NCBI GenBank assembly: GCA_965237555.1
Contig: OZ250147.1
Span: forward strand, 1,540,331 to 1,604,330
Length of the DNA stretch: 64,000 nucleotides
Origin: Amylibacter sp.
GTDB lineage: Bacteria > Pseudomonadota > Alphaproteobacteria > Rhodobacterales > Rhodobacteraceae
Reading direction: 5' to 3'
Below are positions 41,831-52,147 of the stretch, piece by piece; position 1 is the stretch's first letter, and every line of letters begins with the position of its first letter. The notes under the pieces are model-generated. The model searched no databases. It was not told where the DNA came from and saw only the letters and a list, made by a program, of their open reading frames with translations. The position numbers and the translations under genes are program-made.

Positions 41831-41945
41831 CAGCGATTGTCACCTCCGTTTGAGGCGCGGAAATATCGCCTACATAGGAAAACACCAACAGACCAGCAAA
41901 GGCCACCACTGCCAGATAAAACAGGTATTTTGTCAGTTTGCCCAT
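41811..41945 (-). CDS. Small single-TM protein (44 aa), absent from the ORF track
   Basis: Hand translation MGKLTKYLFYLAVVAFAGLLVFSYVGDISAPQTEVTIAVEPDAS*; overlaps the start of the downstream gene. Confidence 0.7.
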   Translation of the reverse strand: MGKLTKYLFYLAVVAFAGLLVFSYVGDISAPQTEVTIAVEPDAS

Positions 41946-42097
41946 GTCTTCGTTCCAACTGCTCGATTTTTATTATACCTCAGGGCTTGCCTTGCGGTTG
42001 CTGGATGATATCATCCAAATTGAAAAAGGGTAATCATTTGCTATTTGTTTCGGCGGAATGCCGCAAACGGCGAATGACCGCAGAAAAGAGGGTTGTC

Positions 42098-42655
42098 GTG
42101 GCGTTCACACTGACCAAAACCATCGTGGTTGTCGGGCTGATGGGGGCCGGCAAAACCGCAGTAGGGTCGCTGGTGGCGCAAAAGCTAGGGGTACCGTTTC
42201 TCGACTCGGATCAGGAAATTGTCAAAGCTGCCAATATGTCGGTGGCCGAGATCTTTGAGCGCGATGGAGAAGCGTTTTTTCGGAGCAAGGAAACTCTGGT
42301 CCTGGAACGGTTATTGCGCGGAGATCCCTGTATTCTGTCGACCGGCGGTGGTGCCTATATGACCCAGAAAAACCGCGACCTGATCAGTCAATACGGCGTG
42401 GCGGTTTGGCTGCGCGCTGAGTTGGAGTTGCTGTGGAACCGAGTGAAGCACAAGGACACCCGACCATTGTTGCGCACGCCTAAACCGCGCCAAACTTTGT
42501 CCGACCTTTTTGATCGGCGCACGCCGGTTTATGACAATGCTGAAATCACGGTCGATGCGGAACCCGATCTGTCACTTGGCGAGATGTCCGACAAGGTGAT
42601 CGGGGTTCTGCTGAGTGATCCACAAAGTGGAGTCGCAAAAGGGGTGGCGGCATGA
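42098..42655 (+). CDS. aroK: Shikimate kinase
   Basis: VGLMGAGKTAVG, DSDQEI, STGGG and RPLL motifs. GTG 42098 follows an AAGAGGG RBS (alternative ATG 42074). Confidence 0.95.
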   Translation: MAFTLTKTIVVVGLMGAGKTAVGSLVAQKLGVPFLDSDQEIVKAANMSVAEIFERDGEAFFRSKETLVLERLLRGDPCILSTGGGAYMTQKNRDLISQYGVAVWLRAELELLWNRVKHKDTRPLLRTPKPRQTLSDLFDRRTPVYDNAEITVDAEPDLSLGEMSDKVIGVLLSDPQSGVAKGVAA

Positions 42656-43764
42656 AACGGCGGGTAAATGTGGATCTGGGTGACCGATCCTATGATATCG
42701 AAATCGCACCCGGATTGCTGGCGGATGCGGGACGACTGGTGGCACCGTTGTTACGGCGCAAAAAGGTGGCGGTGGTTACTGACGAAAACGTTGCGGCGCT
42801 GCATTTAGCTGACTTAAAAATAGGCATGCAAGATGCTGATATCGAATGCGTTTCCCTGGCGTTACCGGCTGGAGAGGCGACCAAATCATGGGCGAATTTA
42901 GAACGCACCGTGGAATGGCTTCTGTCCAAAAAGATTGAACGCGGTGACGTGCTGATCGCCTTTGGCGGCGGCGTGATAGGTGATCTGGCCGGTTTTGCCG
43001 CGGCCATTTTGCGGCGTGGTATCCGGTTTGTGCAGGTGCCAACGACGTTGCTGGCGCAGGTGGACAGCTCGGTGGGTGGCAAAACCGGCATCAACTCGCC
43101 GCACGGCAAAAATCTGGTCGGCGCGTTTTATCAGCCGCAACTGGTGTTGGCGGATGTTTCGGTGCTGGGGACGCTAACCAAACGTGATTTTTTGGCGGGA
43201 TACGCGGAAGTGGCGAAATACGGATTGCTGGGAGATGCGGAGTTCTTCGGGTGGTTGGAAGAAAATGCCGCCGACGCTGCGGCCGGAGACGTGGAGAAGC
43301 GCATTTATGCAGTGCAGCGCTCTTGTGAAATGAAAGCGGGTATTGTGGCGCTGGACGAACACGAACACGGTGACCGGGCGTTGCTGAACCTCGGCCACAC
43401 GTTTGGCCATGCGCTGGAAGCGGCGACCAGCTATTCCGACCGGCTGTTGCATGGCGAGGGGGTGGCGATAGGCACTGCGCTGGCCTTTGAAACCTCGCAG
43501 CGGCTGGGACTGTGCTCTCAGGAAGCCCCAAGCCGGGTTCGCGCCCATTTCAAAGCAATGGGAATGAAATGTGATCTGGCGGATATTCCCGGTGATTTAC
43601 CGGATGCTGATGGTTTGATTGCGTTGATGCAGCAGGACAAAAAAGTGCAGGACGGTGTGATCGGGTTTGTTATGGCCCGGGAAATCGGCCAGGCGTTTGT
43701 GACGCGGGATGTTGATCTAGATGCGGTAAAGTCGGTGTTGCGCGAGCGGTTGGTTGCGCGCTAA
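42652..43764 (+). CDS. aroB: 3-dehydroquinate synthase
   Basis: GGGVIGDLAGF, PTTLLAQVDSSVGGKTG and LNLGHTFGHALE motifs. Confidence 0.98.
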   Translation: MKRRVNVDLGDRSYDIEIAPGLLADAGRLVAPLLRRKKVAVVTDENVAALHLADLKIGMQDADIECVSLALPAGEATKSWANLERTVEWLLSKKIERGDVLIAFGGGVIGDLAGFAAAILRRGIRFVQVPTTLLAQVDSSVGGKTGINSPHGKNLVGAFYQPQLVLADVSVLGTLTKRDFLAGYAEVAKYGLLGDAEFFGWLEENAADAAAGDVEKRIYAVQRSCEMKAGIVALDEHEHGDRALLNLGHTFGHALEAATSYSDRLLHGEGVAIGTALAFETSQRLGLCSQEAPSRVRAHFKAMGMKCDLADIPGDLPDADGLIALMQQDKKVQDGVIGFVMAREIGQAFVTRDVDLDAVKSVLRERLVAR

Positions 43765-44669
43765 TAGCCAGATTTCTGCGTCGTCGGACTGCGCCTACGC
43801 AATCGCAAACCAGAAGCAAACGCGACACCGAGCGAGACGACCAGAATCGCACCTGCCTTAAATGGCGTCAACGTCTCACCAAGATAAACCCAGCCACCGA
43901 CAGCTGCCAGAACGGGCACTAGGGCAGCCCAGGCTGCCGGCCGAGCGGCTCCTAGCAGGCTGATTGCGTAAACGTATGTAATTGTGGAAATAAAGCCAGT
44001 CATTACACCTTGTAATACGATTTGAATTGCCAATTCCTGACGGCTGAGAGCTGAAAAATCCAACCCGGTTAACAGTGCGGTTAACAGCAGGGCCAGGGTG
44101 CTCCAGAAACAAATCATTGCCGCCGCATTGATCGGGTCAAGACCCGATAAACGGTAGCGGATCGTGTAGACCGCCCAAAAGATCGAGGCGAAAGTGAATA
44201 GGATATGGCCGCGCCATGCCCCGGACGTTGCATCGGCCACTAACTCCTTTCCACCCACTGCACTGGCCCCGATCAGGATCAATGTAAGCCCGAATATCCG
44301 ACTCCCAGACGGCGTATCATTTAAAAATAGATAGGCGAGACAGGCCACGTAAATTGGCAGCATCGACGGCGTAAAAATCACCGCATCGGCGACCGAAGCG
44401 TATTTCAGCCCAGTGCCAAGGCACAGGATAAAGGCAAATCCGCCACACAGGGCAATCAGGGTGACGTCGCGCCAACCGGCACCATCCGGCATCGGTCCGC
44501 GGCGGATCAGCACCGGCGCAAACAAAACGGTGGCGGGCAGAAAGCGCATAAGACCCAGTTCGACCGGGCCAAGCGCGGTCGTCACCATGGATCGTGCAAC
44601 CACCATATACCCAGACCAGATCAGGATCGTTATTGCCAGCGCGGCCCAAGCCAGCGCTTGTCGATTCAC
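43761..44669 (-). CDS. DMT/EamA family transporter
   Basis: About 10 TM segments in two EamA repeats. GTG start overlaps the radical SAM stop (GTGA). Confidence 0.88.
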   Translation of the reverse strand: MNRQALAWAALAITILIWSGYMVVARSMVTTALGPVELGLMRFLPATVLFAPVLIRRGPMPDGAGWRDVTLIALCGGFAFILCLGTGLKYASVADAVIFTPSMLPIYVACLAYLFLNDTPSGSRIFGLTLILIGASAVGGKELVADATSGAWRGHILFTFASIFWAVYTIRYRLSGLDPINAAAMICFWSTLALLLTALLTGLDFSALSRQELAIQIVLQGVMTGFISTITYVYAISLLGAARPAAWAALVPVLAAVGGWVYLGETLTPFKAGAILVVSLGVAFASGLRLRRRSPTTQKSGY

Positions 44670-45628
44670 GTTGAACAACTTGCGCCGCCCAAAACACAGA
44701 ATTTGGCACAATGTGGGTGATTGAGCTTCACCGCGCCTTCGGCTTTGGCAAGGGTGTTTCCCAACTCAAACTCGGGTTCATAGGGCAGGAGGGTACAAGC
44801 CAGAACAGCCGGTTTATCAGCGCCTTTGCGTTTGACGACCATGCGAGAGGATGAACACATGACATCGGAGGGCGATTTGTTCAGGATGCTCCAGCAGGCG
44901 GTGGTGATTTCCGGGACGTCAACCGAGACATCCATTTCCGGGAAAAGCACGGTTTGGCTTGGATCGTAGGCGTCGACCTCGAATCCGTGGCGATGATAGA
45001 ACTCGGCGAAACCCGCTCGGCTGGTCGCGTCTTCTTCGCCCCATAATGTTCGTCCGGCCACAGCCATTTTTATGCCGTTGTCGCGCAGCCATTCCATGCC
45101 GCGCAGGGTTACGTCAAAAGACCCGGCACCACGTTCCTGATCGTGCAGGGCGGGACTGTAGTGATCGACGGAGATACGCAATGTTAACTGGTTGGCGAAT
45201 TCGGTGTTCAGTGTTTGTAGACCAGCCTGCATTCTCGGGCGCATCATTGGCAACATGGCATTCGTCAAAATCAGAACCTCAAAACCGCGCTCCAGACAAA
45301 CCCGAGTCATTTCGATCATTTCCGGGTTCATGAACGGCTCGCCGCCGGTAAAGGCTATTTCGGTGGTGGGCCAATTGCAGTCAATGATCTGGTCAAGGAA
45401 ATCAGTGACTTCCTCAGCGGTGATGTATTCCAGACGGTCGTTGGTCGGCGAACTTTCGATATAGCAGTTCACGCATTCGATGTTACACAGGGTACCGGTG
45501 TTAAACCAAAGCGTGGTGGCCCCTTGCAGCGTTACCGAAGCCCGCTCTTCACCATTCGCAGTAATATCCGGATGTTCGAATTTGCCGAGCGGCTTGAGTT
45601 TATCCAGCGAAAAATATTGATCGTTCAT
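44666..45628 (-). CDS. Radical SAM protein
   Basis: CNIECVNC motif, FTGGEPFMN, and C-terminal MC/HCxxxC cysteines. Confidence 0.9.
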   Translation of the reverse strand: MNDQYFSLDKLKPLGKFEHPDITANGEERASVTLQGATTLWFNTGTLCNIECVNCYIESSPTNDRLEYITAEEVTDFLDQIIDCNWPTTEIAFTGGEPFMNPEMIEMTRVCLERGFEVLILTNAMLPMMRPRMQAGLQTLNTEFANQLTLRISVDHYSPALHDQERGAGSFDVTLRGMEWLRDNGIKMAVAGRTLWGEEDATSRAGFAEFYHRHGFEVDAYDPSQTVLFPEMDVSVDVPEITTACWSILNKSPSDVMCSSSRMVVKRKGADKPAVLACTLLPYEPEFELGNTLAKAEGAVKLNHPHCAKFCVLGGASCST

Positions 45629-45773
45629 TGACCTGCCTGCGGGTTGCGTGGCCTATTCGCTACTATGAGCTTGCAATGAAATCAAAGGTTAGCTTCCTAT
45701 TCCCACGTTTTTGTGACCGATGGGCAATTGTTGGATGCAATAGCTCTTGAAAATTACTCCGGGTCTGTTATTG

Positions 45774-45787
45774 CGTTATCGATAACG
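45774..45787. promoter_or_regulatory. Perfect 14-bp palindrome, candidate LacI/GntR-type operator of zwf-pgl-pgi
   Basis: CGTTATCGATAACG, 40 nt upstream of the zwf ATG. Confidence 0.55.
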
Positions 45788-45827
45788 TAGATTTGAATTC
45801 GCTATCCAAAGTCTGAAAGGCATAACA

Positions 45828-47282
45828 ATGGTTGCACAAACGATACCGGTTGACCCTTTTGACCTGGTGATATTCGGTGCCACCGGCGATTTGGCCCGGC
45901 GCAAAGTCATTCCTGGGTTGTTTCGACGTATGTGTGCCGGGCAAATGCCGGATGAAGCGCGGATAATCGGGACAGCACGCAGCGAATTGAGCGACGCTGG
46001 GTTTCGTGAGTTCGCGCGTGAGTCGATCACCGAGTTCGTCAAGGAATCGCAGTGCAGCGAAGACGGGATTGACCGGTTTTTGAGTAAGCTGAGTTACGAG
46101 CATCTGGACATATTCGAAGACAGTGGCTGGACGGCGCTGAAAAAGCACCTGCGCGACGGTGTTGTGAATGCGTTCTATTTTTCAGTTGGCCCATCGCTGT
46201 TTGGCGAAATTGCCCGTAAATTGACCAAACACCAACTGACAACGACCGACAGCAGAATTGTGGTGGAAAAGCCATTTGGCCACGATCTGGACAGTGCGAT
46301 TGCGCTGAATGCCGAATTGAAAAGCTGCTTTGACGAACATCAAATCTACCGGATCGACCATTATCTGGGCAAGGAAACCGTGCAAAACCTGATGGCGATC
46401 CGCTTTGGCAATGCGTTGTTTGAACCTTTGTGGAATGCACAGCATATCGATCATGTTCAGATCACCGTGGCTGAGAGCATAGGTGTGGACGGACGGGGGG
46501 CCTATTACAACAAATCCGGCGCGATGCGCGACATGGTGCAAAACCACTTGATGCAATTGTTGTGTCTGACAGCGATGGAGCCGCCTTCGAAATACGGTGC
46601 CGATGCGGTTCGTGATGAAAAACTCAAAGTGATCCGGGCCCTGGAACCTGTGCCGCTGTCAGGGGCCGTTCGTGGGCAATATCTGGCAGGTGATGACGAA
46701 GCCGGTTATCTGGAACACAGCGAAGACCCCAACAGCCGGACCGAGAGCTATGTGGCGCTAAAGGTCAATATTGCCAACTGGCGCTGGGCTGGAACCCCGT
46801 TTTACCTGCGCACGGGCAAGCGGTTGCGGGCGCGGATGTCGGAAATTGCCGTTGTATTTAAAGACCCGCCGCATTCGATCTTTGCCGGGGAGTTCAACCG
46901 GCGTGGCAATGCTTTGGTGATCCGCCTGCAGCCTGATGAGGGGATCACATTGCGGGTGACAATCAAGGATCCGGGGCCGGGTGGTATGCGATTGACCGAA
47001 GTGCCGCTTGATATGACTTTTGCCGAGGCGCTGGGCGATCAGATTGCCTATTTGCCAGAAGCCTATGAGCGGTTGATCATGGATGTGATCCGCGGTGACC
47101 AGACTTTGTTTATGCGCGGCGACGAGGTTGAAGCTGCCTGGGAATGGATTGACCCGGTGATCGCGGGCTGGACGGACGCCCGGGACAAACCTTTGCCCTA
47201 TGATCCGCTGAGTTCCGGGCCTGAAGACGCGCTGATGCTTTTGCACCGCGACGGGCGGCGCTGGCGGGAGATCAAAGCGTGA
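45828..47282 (+). CDS. zwf: Glucose-6-phosphate 1-dehydrogenase
   Basis: FGATGDLARRK, VEKPFG, RIDHYLGKE, RDMVQNH and YLRTGKR motifs. Confidence 0.98.
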   Translation: MVAQTIPVDPFDLVIFGATGDLARRKVIPGLFRRMCAGQMPDEARIIGTARSELSDAGFREFARESITEFVKESQCSEDGIDRFLSKLSYEHLDIFEDSGWTALKKHLRDGVVNAFYFSVGPSLFGEIARKLTKHQLTTTDSRIVVEKPFGHDLDSAIALNAELKSCFDEHQIYRIDHYLGKETVQNLMAIRFGNALFEPLWNAQHIDHVQITVAESIGVDGRGAYYNKSGAMRDMVQNHLMQLLCLTAMEPPSKYGADAVRDEKLKVIRALEPVPLSGAVRGQYLAGDDEAGYLEHSEDPNSRTESYVALKVNIANWRWAGTPFYLRTGKRLRARMSEIAVVFKDPPHSIFAGEFNRRGNALVIRLQPDEGITLRVTIKDPGPGGMRLTEVPLDMTFAEALGDQIAYLPEAYERLIMDVIRGDQTLFMRGDEVEAAWEWIDPVIAGWTDARDKPLPYDPLSSGPEDALMLLHRDGRRWREIKA

Positions 47283-47965
47283 GCGAACTGGTGACTTATC
47301 CTGATCGCGCGTCGCTGTTTGCTGGATTGGCGCGGGAAGTTGCAGTGGAGTTGGCAGCAGCTTTGAAAGTAAAGGGGCAGGCTTCGCTGGCTGTTCCGGG
47401 TGGGACGACCCCTGCGCCGTTTTTTGAAGGACTGCGCAAAATCGTGTTGGACTGGAAGAATGTGACCGTTCTGCTAACGGATGAGCGCTTTGTGCCGGAG
47501 ACATCAGTTCGGTCGAACGCACGGTTAGTGCTTCAGCATCTTTTACAGGATAGAGCGGCGGCAGCGGATTTTATACCGTTGTATCAAGCAGCTGACAGGC
47601 CTGAAGAGGTATTGGATGACCTGACGTCTGCTGTTGAAGGGGCATTGCCGCTTGATGTCTGCGTTTTGGGCATGGGGGCCGATATGCACATCGCGTCGCT
47701 ATTTCCTGGCTCAGACTTGCTGGAGTTGGCGCTTGCTGACGATGCACCGCCAGTTATGTCGATGCGGGCAGAGGGCGCTGGAGAGCCGAGAATTACGTTG
47801 ACCGCGCCGGTTTTGCGAGCAGCCGCAGCCAAGCATATCCTGATTGTCGGGTCGGAAAAGCTGATGGCCTATGAAATAGCGGCGAAAGCTGGGTCGGAAC
47901 TGCAGGCTCCGGTTCGAGTTGTGCTTGCCGCCCGTCAGACGACGCGGGTTCATTACGCTGATTGA
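47279..47965 (+). CDS. pgl: 6-phosphogluconolactonase
   Basis: [29 protein letters not shown] and RITLT motifs. Confidence 0.95.
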   Translation: MSELVTYPDRASLFAGLAREVAVELAAALKVKGQASLAVPGGTTPAPFFEGLRKIVLDWKNVTVLLTDERFVPETSVRSNARLVLQHLLQDRAAAADFIPLYQAADRPEEVLDDLTSAVEGALPLDVCVLGMGADMHIASLFPGSDLLELALADDAPPVMSMRAEGAGEPRITLTAPVLRAAAAKHILIVGSEKLMAYEIAAKAGSELQAPVRVVLAARQTTRVHYAD

Positions 47966-47975
47966 AAGGATTGGA

Positions 47976-49589
47976 ATGTCTGTTTGGGAAAAATTGAGCG
48001 CTTTGCAATCAGCGGGCACAAACCGTTCGCTGACAGACCTGTTTGATCAGGATCAACACCGGTTTTCGCGATTCTCAGCGTCATGCGGTGATTTCCTGAT
48101 GGATTATTCCAAAACTGCTTTGGATGACGATATCCTGAACACGTTAATCAAGCTTGCGGATGAGGCCGGTGTCGAGGCTCGGCGCGACGCCATGTTCGCC
48201 GGCGAAAAGATCAATGAAACCGAGGGCAGGGCGGTATTGCATACCGCATTGCGCAACCTGTCCGGTGATCCGGTTCTGGTGAACGGTCAGGACGTGGTGC
48301 CGGGAGTACTGGCAACGCTTGAGCGGCTGAAATCTTTCAGTTCGGCCGTGCGCGCGGGTGAGATTACAGCGGCAAACGGCAAACCCTTCACAGATGTGGT
48401 TAATATCGGGATTGGTGGGTCCGACCTTGGTCCGGTTATGGCGAATATAGCATTGTCGCCATACTGCGACGGCCCGCGAACCCATTTTGTGTCCAACATA
48501 GACGGTGCGGATATTGCCGATACACTGGAAGGGCTGGATCCGGAGACGACTCTGGTGATCGTGGCTTCGAAAACCTTCACAACTGCTGAAACAATGACCA
48601 ATGCAGCAACCGCACGAGCGTGGCTGGAACGCGCCGTGGCGGTCGAAGACATTGGGCAACATCTGGCGGCTCTGTCAACAGCGCAAGACCCAACTGCCGC
48701 CTTTGGTATCGCGCAGGACCGCGTGTTCGGTTTTGAAGACTGGGTTGGCGGGCGCTATTCGGTCTGGGGGCCCATCGGATTGACGTTGATGCTGGCCATC
48801 GGGCCAGAGCGGTTCACCGAATTTCTGATTGGTGCCGAGGAGATGGATACCCATTTCTGCACGGCGCCACTGGCGGAAAACCTGCCGGTGTTGTTGGCGC
48901 TGGTCGGACTCTGGCATTCAAACATCTGCGGTTATGCAACTCGCGCTGTGTTGCCCTATGACCAGAGGTTGGCGAGACTGCCGGCGTATTTGCAGCAGTT
49001 GGATATGGAAAGCAATGGCAAGGGTGTGACGATGGGTGGCGCGGCTCTGGCACATGACTCAGGGCCAATTGTCTGGGGTGAGCCCGGCACCAATGGTCAG
49101 CACGCGTTTTACCAGCTGATTCATCAAGGTACGCGGGTAATCCCCTGCGAGTTTCTGGTGGCAAGGCAGGGGCATGAACCAGAGCTGACGCATCAACACC
49201 GAATGCTGGTGGCCAATTGTCTGGCGCAATCAGAAGCGCTGATGGTTGGGCGATCGCCAGACGTGGCGCGGGAACTGATGGCGGCAAAAGGGCTGACCGG
49301 TGACGAACTGGAGCGGCAGGCGGCGCATCGCATGTTTCCCGGCAATCGGCCCAGTGTGACCATGATGTATAACCAGCTTGACCCGCGCACTTTGGGCAAA
49401 ATCATCGCGCTGTACGAACACCGTGTGTTTGTCGAGGGCGTGATCTGGGGCATCAACAGCTTTGACCAATGGGGGGTGGAACTGGGCAAGGTACTGGCTC
49501 AGGAATTGCTGCCGTTGGTGGAAGGTGCGACCCCGGGCGGTGTTCACGACGGTTCGACGTTGGGTCTGCTGGCGTCGCTGAAACAATAG
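47976..49589 (+). CDS. pgi: Glucose-6-phosphate isomerase
   Basis: [35 protein letters not shown] and DQWGVELGK motifs. Confidence 0.98.
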   Translation: MSVWEKLSALQSAGTNRSLTDLFDQDQHRFSRFSASCGDFLMDYSKTALDDDILNTLIKLADEAGVEARRDAMFAGEKINETEGRAVLHTALRNLSGDPVLVNGQDVVPGVLATLERLKSFSSAVRAGEITAANGKPFTDVVNIGIGGSDLGPVMANIALSPYCDGPRTHFVSNIDGADIADTLEGLDPETTLVIVASKTFTTAETMTNAATARAWLERAVAVEDIGQHLAALSTAQDPTAAFGIAQDRVFGFEDWVGGRYSVWGPIGLTLMLAIGPERFTEFLIGAEEMDTHFCTAPLAENLPVLLALVGLWHSNICGYATRAVLPYDQRLARLPAYLQQLDMESNGKGVTMGGAALAHDSGPIVWGEPGTNGQHAFYQLIHQGTRVIPCEFLVARQGHEPELTHQHRMLVANCLAQSEALMVGRSPDVARELMAAKGLTGDELERQAAHRMFPGNRPSVTMMYNQLDPRTLGKIIALYEHRVFVEGVIWGINSFDQWGVELGKVLAQELLPLVEGATPGGVHDGSTLGLLASLKQ

Positions 49590-49696
49590 GGCGCGTATTT
49601 GGCTTACCCTGCTATATTCCGACATTTTTCTTTGTCAGTCTTCAATTGAGTGTAAGCTTGGGTATCCACAAAATTATTGCACTCGGGGAGGACAAT

Positions 49697-50875
49697 ATGA
49701 ACTTTACGTTTACGGAAAAAATCTGGAAAGACAAGCGACCGAAGTCTGCCAAGGGAAGCGGTGTTGCCAAGGCCCTGAAACTTGTTGCCAACACCACACG
49801 CAAGAATGCGACCGCGATGAACGCGACAGAAGTTCAGGCAGCCAACGATGCTCTGACGGCGTTGAACAATGCCTATTCGACCGCTTCTGCGAAAATCAAA
49901 AAGGACACGAAAGACAAAAAACGGGATGAAATTACGGGCTTGATCTCCGGTTGGGTGCGAGAAATCGCCAATGCGTTAAAGGAGCTTCGCGAACAGGGCT
50001 ATGCGCTGAAGGTCGAAAAAGTGCAGGCCATGTATTATGACACTTACAACGGCAACCGGGACGTGATGCTTGTGTCCCATGCTGCCGCCTTGTCTGCGAA
50101 GGCCACGTTGGATCAGAGTGGTACAACTCCCAGCAGCAGGGATCTGCAGAGCTGGATGGGGTCGGTGCGGGACTTCAGCAAATTTGCGTCAAAGCAAGGC
50201 ATTGCCTCGATATCCATCCCCGAGGCGAAACAGATCCGGGTCACCGATGTGGCCATGCCGCCGGACGTGAAGGCCAACAAGGTCAAAGTGAAGCAGTTGA
50301 TGGCACTGTGTGAGGAATTTGCTAAGGCCATCAAGCGCGGCACCAAAGATCTTGGGGCCAGCGTCAGCGACCTGAAGGCGGTGGATCGCGAGTTCAAAGG
50401 TATTCTGGTGGAATACAAACGGATTTTGACCGGCAATAAGAAACACATCGCGGACGCCAAGCGGTTGGAGGCGACGACCAAGAATGCCGCTGGCAAAGCC
50501 AAGGCTGCCGCGGGTCTGTCACACGATGACCTGACTGACAAAATTGATGGAGTCAAACAGCTGGTTGCATTGATTGTCCAGATTGCGAAGGCCGTTTCGG
50601 ATAAAACCGCCGAAAACGCAGCATTGCATTTCGACTACAGAAAAAGCGATGGCGACCTGGCAAAGCGGCAAAAGCTTTTTCGGGCTATGGATGGCTACGA
50701 CGCCAAAACCCATGGCGAAGTGATCACCAAGGCGCAGAACAACCTCCAGGTCAACATTCGGCGGGTCACCATACCGTTGGGCGAAGCCGGGCGCCAGATC
50801 GACCGCAGTAAAAGATTATTGTCAGACGTTCCCAATCTGCGCGGATTTGTCGATAAAATACCCAATATGAAGTAA
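49697..50875 (+). CDS. Hypothetical Lys/Ala-rich alpha-helical protein (392 aa)
   Basis: Strong GGGGAGGA RBS before ATG 49697, long ORF, no signal peptide or TM, no family recognised. Confidence 0.8.
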   Translation: MNFTFTEKIWKDKRPKSAKGSGVAKALKLVANTTRKNATAMNATEVQAANDALTALNNAYSTASAKIKKDTKDKKRDEITGLISGWVREIANALKELREQGYALKVEKVQAMYYDTYNGNRDVMLVSHAAALSAKATLDQSGTTPSSRDLQSWMGSVRDFSKFASKQGIASISIPEAKQIRVTDVAMPPDVKANKVKVKQLMALCEEFAKAIKRGTKDLGASVSDLKAVDREFKGILVEYKRILTGNKKHIADAKRLEATTKNAAGKAKAAAGLSHDDLTDKIDGVKQLVALIVQIAKAVSDKTAENAALHFDYRKSDGDLAKRQKLFRAMDGYDAKTHGEVITKAQNNLQVNIRRVTIPLGEAGRQIDRSKRLLSDVPNLRGFVDKIPNMK

Positions 50876-50900
50876 GCCGCAGCCGGTTCAAACGCCCTAC

Positions 50901-52076
50901 TCAAAACTCGCGCAGGTTTGGCGGGTCGTAGTCGCAGGCCCTATCAGCTTTCCGCTCCAATACCGATGGATGGATTTCTGACCCCGGCGGAATGTAGCGG
51001 TATTGGCCAAGCGGAAAATAGTAACCCAGAATATTCCATTGATTGGGCCACCGGCTGCGTTTGCTCAGGCGCGGGAAGATTTCGGAGATAAACCAGCCAT
51101 TCCAGATTTGATTGTGTATTGGAGCCTTGGCATCGGGGCTGGCGATATTTAGTTTCATGCGCTTTGTGATTTTGTCCTCTTTGCCAAGCACATAGCGGTC
51201 ATAGTAAATCTTGCGGAAATCCAGCTTATCGACGCCCAGCCCATCCAGTTCCTGCCGCATCCAATCCATTGTGATCTTGGTCAGGCCGGCTTCGGATTCG
51301 GTGACGCTACCGGCCGCATCGGTATGTGATCCGGTGAACCAGACCTGCTTGACGTCCTGGTCCGGCGGCTCTTTTTTTGAACGAAACCGGTTGCCATAGT
51401 ATTTTTTCCCTGATTGCCAGAATTGATGCCGGAAAAACCGGCGGGTTTCGTCGATCGCCAGCGCATGGCGCACGGATTCGACCGACGGGTTTTCATCGAC
51501 GCTGGAATGGGTGTCGTATTCGACAATGGTGCTAAAGCGCAGTCTGATCCGGATCAGCGAACTGACGGTGTCCCACAGGCCAAGAAAACGGATAGGCGGG
51601 TGGGTGACGTGAAAGAACTGTTCAAACATGCGCAGGCTGGCATGTTTTTCCCGCGCGTCAGATTTCGACAGTTTGCGATATTCCCGGAAAACCGGTCCGA
51701 TCAGATGCAATTCATGCGGCGCGACAAGCCCGAAATCGTTGATAAATCCGGCCAAAACCCGCGCGGTGTAGGCACCGCGGCTGTAGCCGAAGAAATACAA
51801 CCGGTCGCCCTCCTGATAATTTTCGCACAGAAATTTGAAAGCACGCAGCACATTGGCTTCCAGTCCGCGCCCGGAAATCAGACCCAATATCAGCTTCGGT
51901 TTATCCAAAAACACCTGTTTCAAGGGGCGGGTATTCAAAGTTCCAACACCGGGTTCGTAATACACCAGTTGCTCGTCTGAATGGTTCAGACATTTATAGA
52001 GCCGCAGGACGTTGGATTCATTTTTTTCAACCTCATTTCCGGTGCCGTCTAGGCAGACAATCAGTTTTCTAGACAT
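50901..52076 (-). CDS. DUF2235 (Tle1-like) alpha/beta hydrolase
   Basis: KLIVCLDGTGN, YYEPGVGT, FGYSRGAYTAR, FLGLWDTVSS, RHALAIDE and VWFTGSH motifs. Confidence 0.9.
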   Translation of the reverse strand: MSRKLIVCLDGTGNEVEKNESNVLRLYKCLNHSDEQLVYYEPGVGTLNTRPLKQVFLDKPKLILGLISGRGLEANVLRAFKFLCENYQEGDRLYFFGYSRGAYTARVLAGFINDFGLVAPHELHLIGPVFREYRKLSKSDAREKHASLRMFEQFFHVTHPPIRFLGLWDTVSSLIRIRLRFSTIVEYDTHSSVDENPSVESVRHALAIDETRRFFRHQFWQSGKKYYGNRFRSKKEPPDQDVKQVWFTGSHTDAAGSVTESEAGLTKITMDWMRQELDGLGVDKLDFRKIYYDRYVLGKEDKITKRMKLNIASPDAKAPIHNQIWNGWFISEIFPRLSKRSRWPNQWNILGYYFPLGQYRYIPPGSEIHPSVLERKADRACDYDPPNLREF

Positions 52077-52147
52077 AATTTTCCCGCGATCTGTCAGTTA
52101 TCCCGACAGGGTACGCGACAGCGGGAATATTGCAACCATTCAGCAAT

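Noticed and set aside
1081-48662. Many long antisense or alternate-frame ORFs in the track (e.g. 1081-1887, 11276-12427, 14555-15589, 16447-17388, 23252-24175, 31026-31955, 38134-39027)
   Set aside because: They lie entirely over well-identified genes, have no recognisable motifs, and are expected shadows in GC-rich coding DNA.
49469-49696. Longer 468-aa start for the orphan helical protein
   Set aside because: It overlaps the pgi 3' end, and a strong RBS sits directly before ATG 49697.
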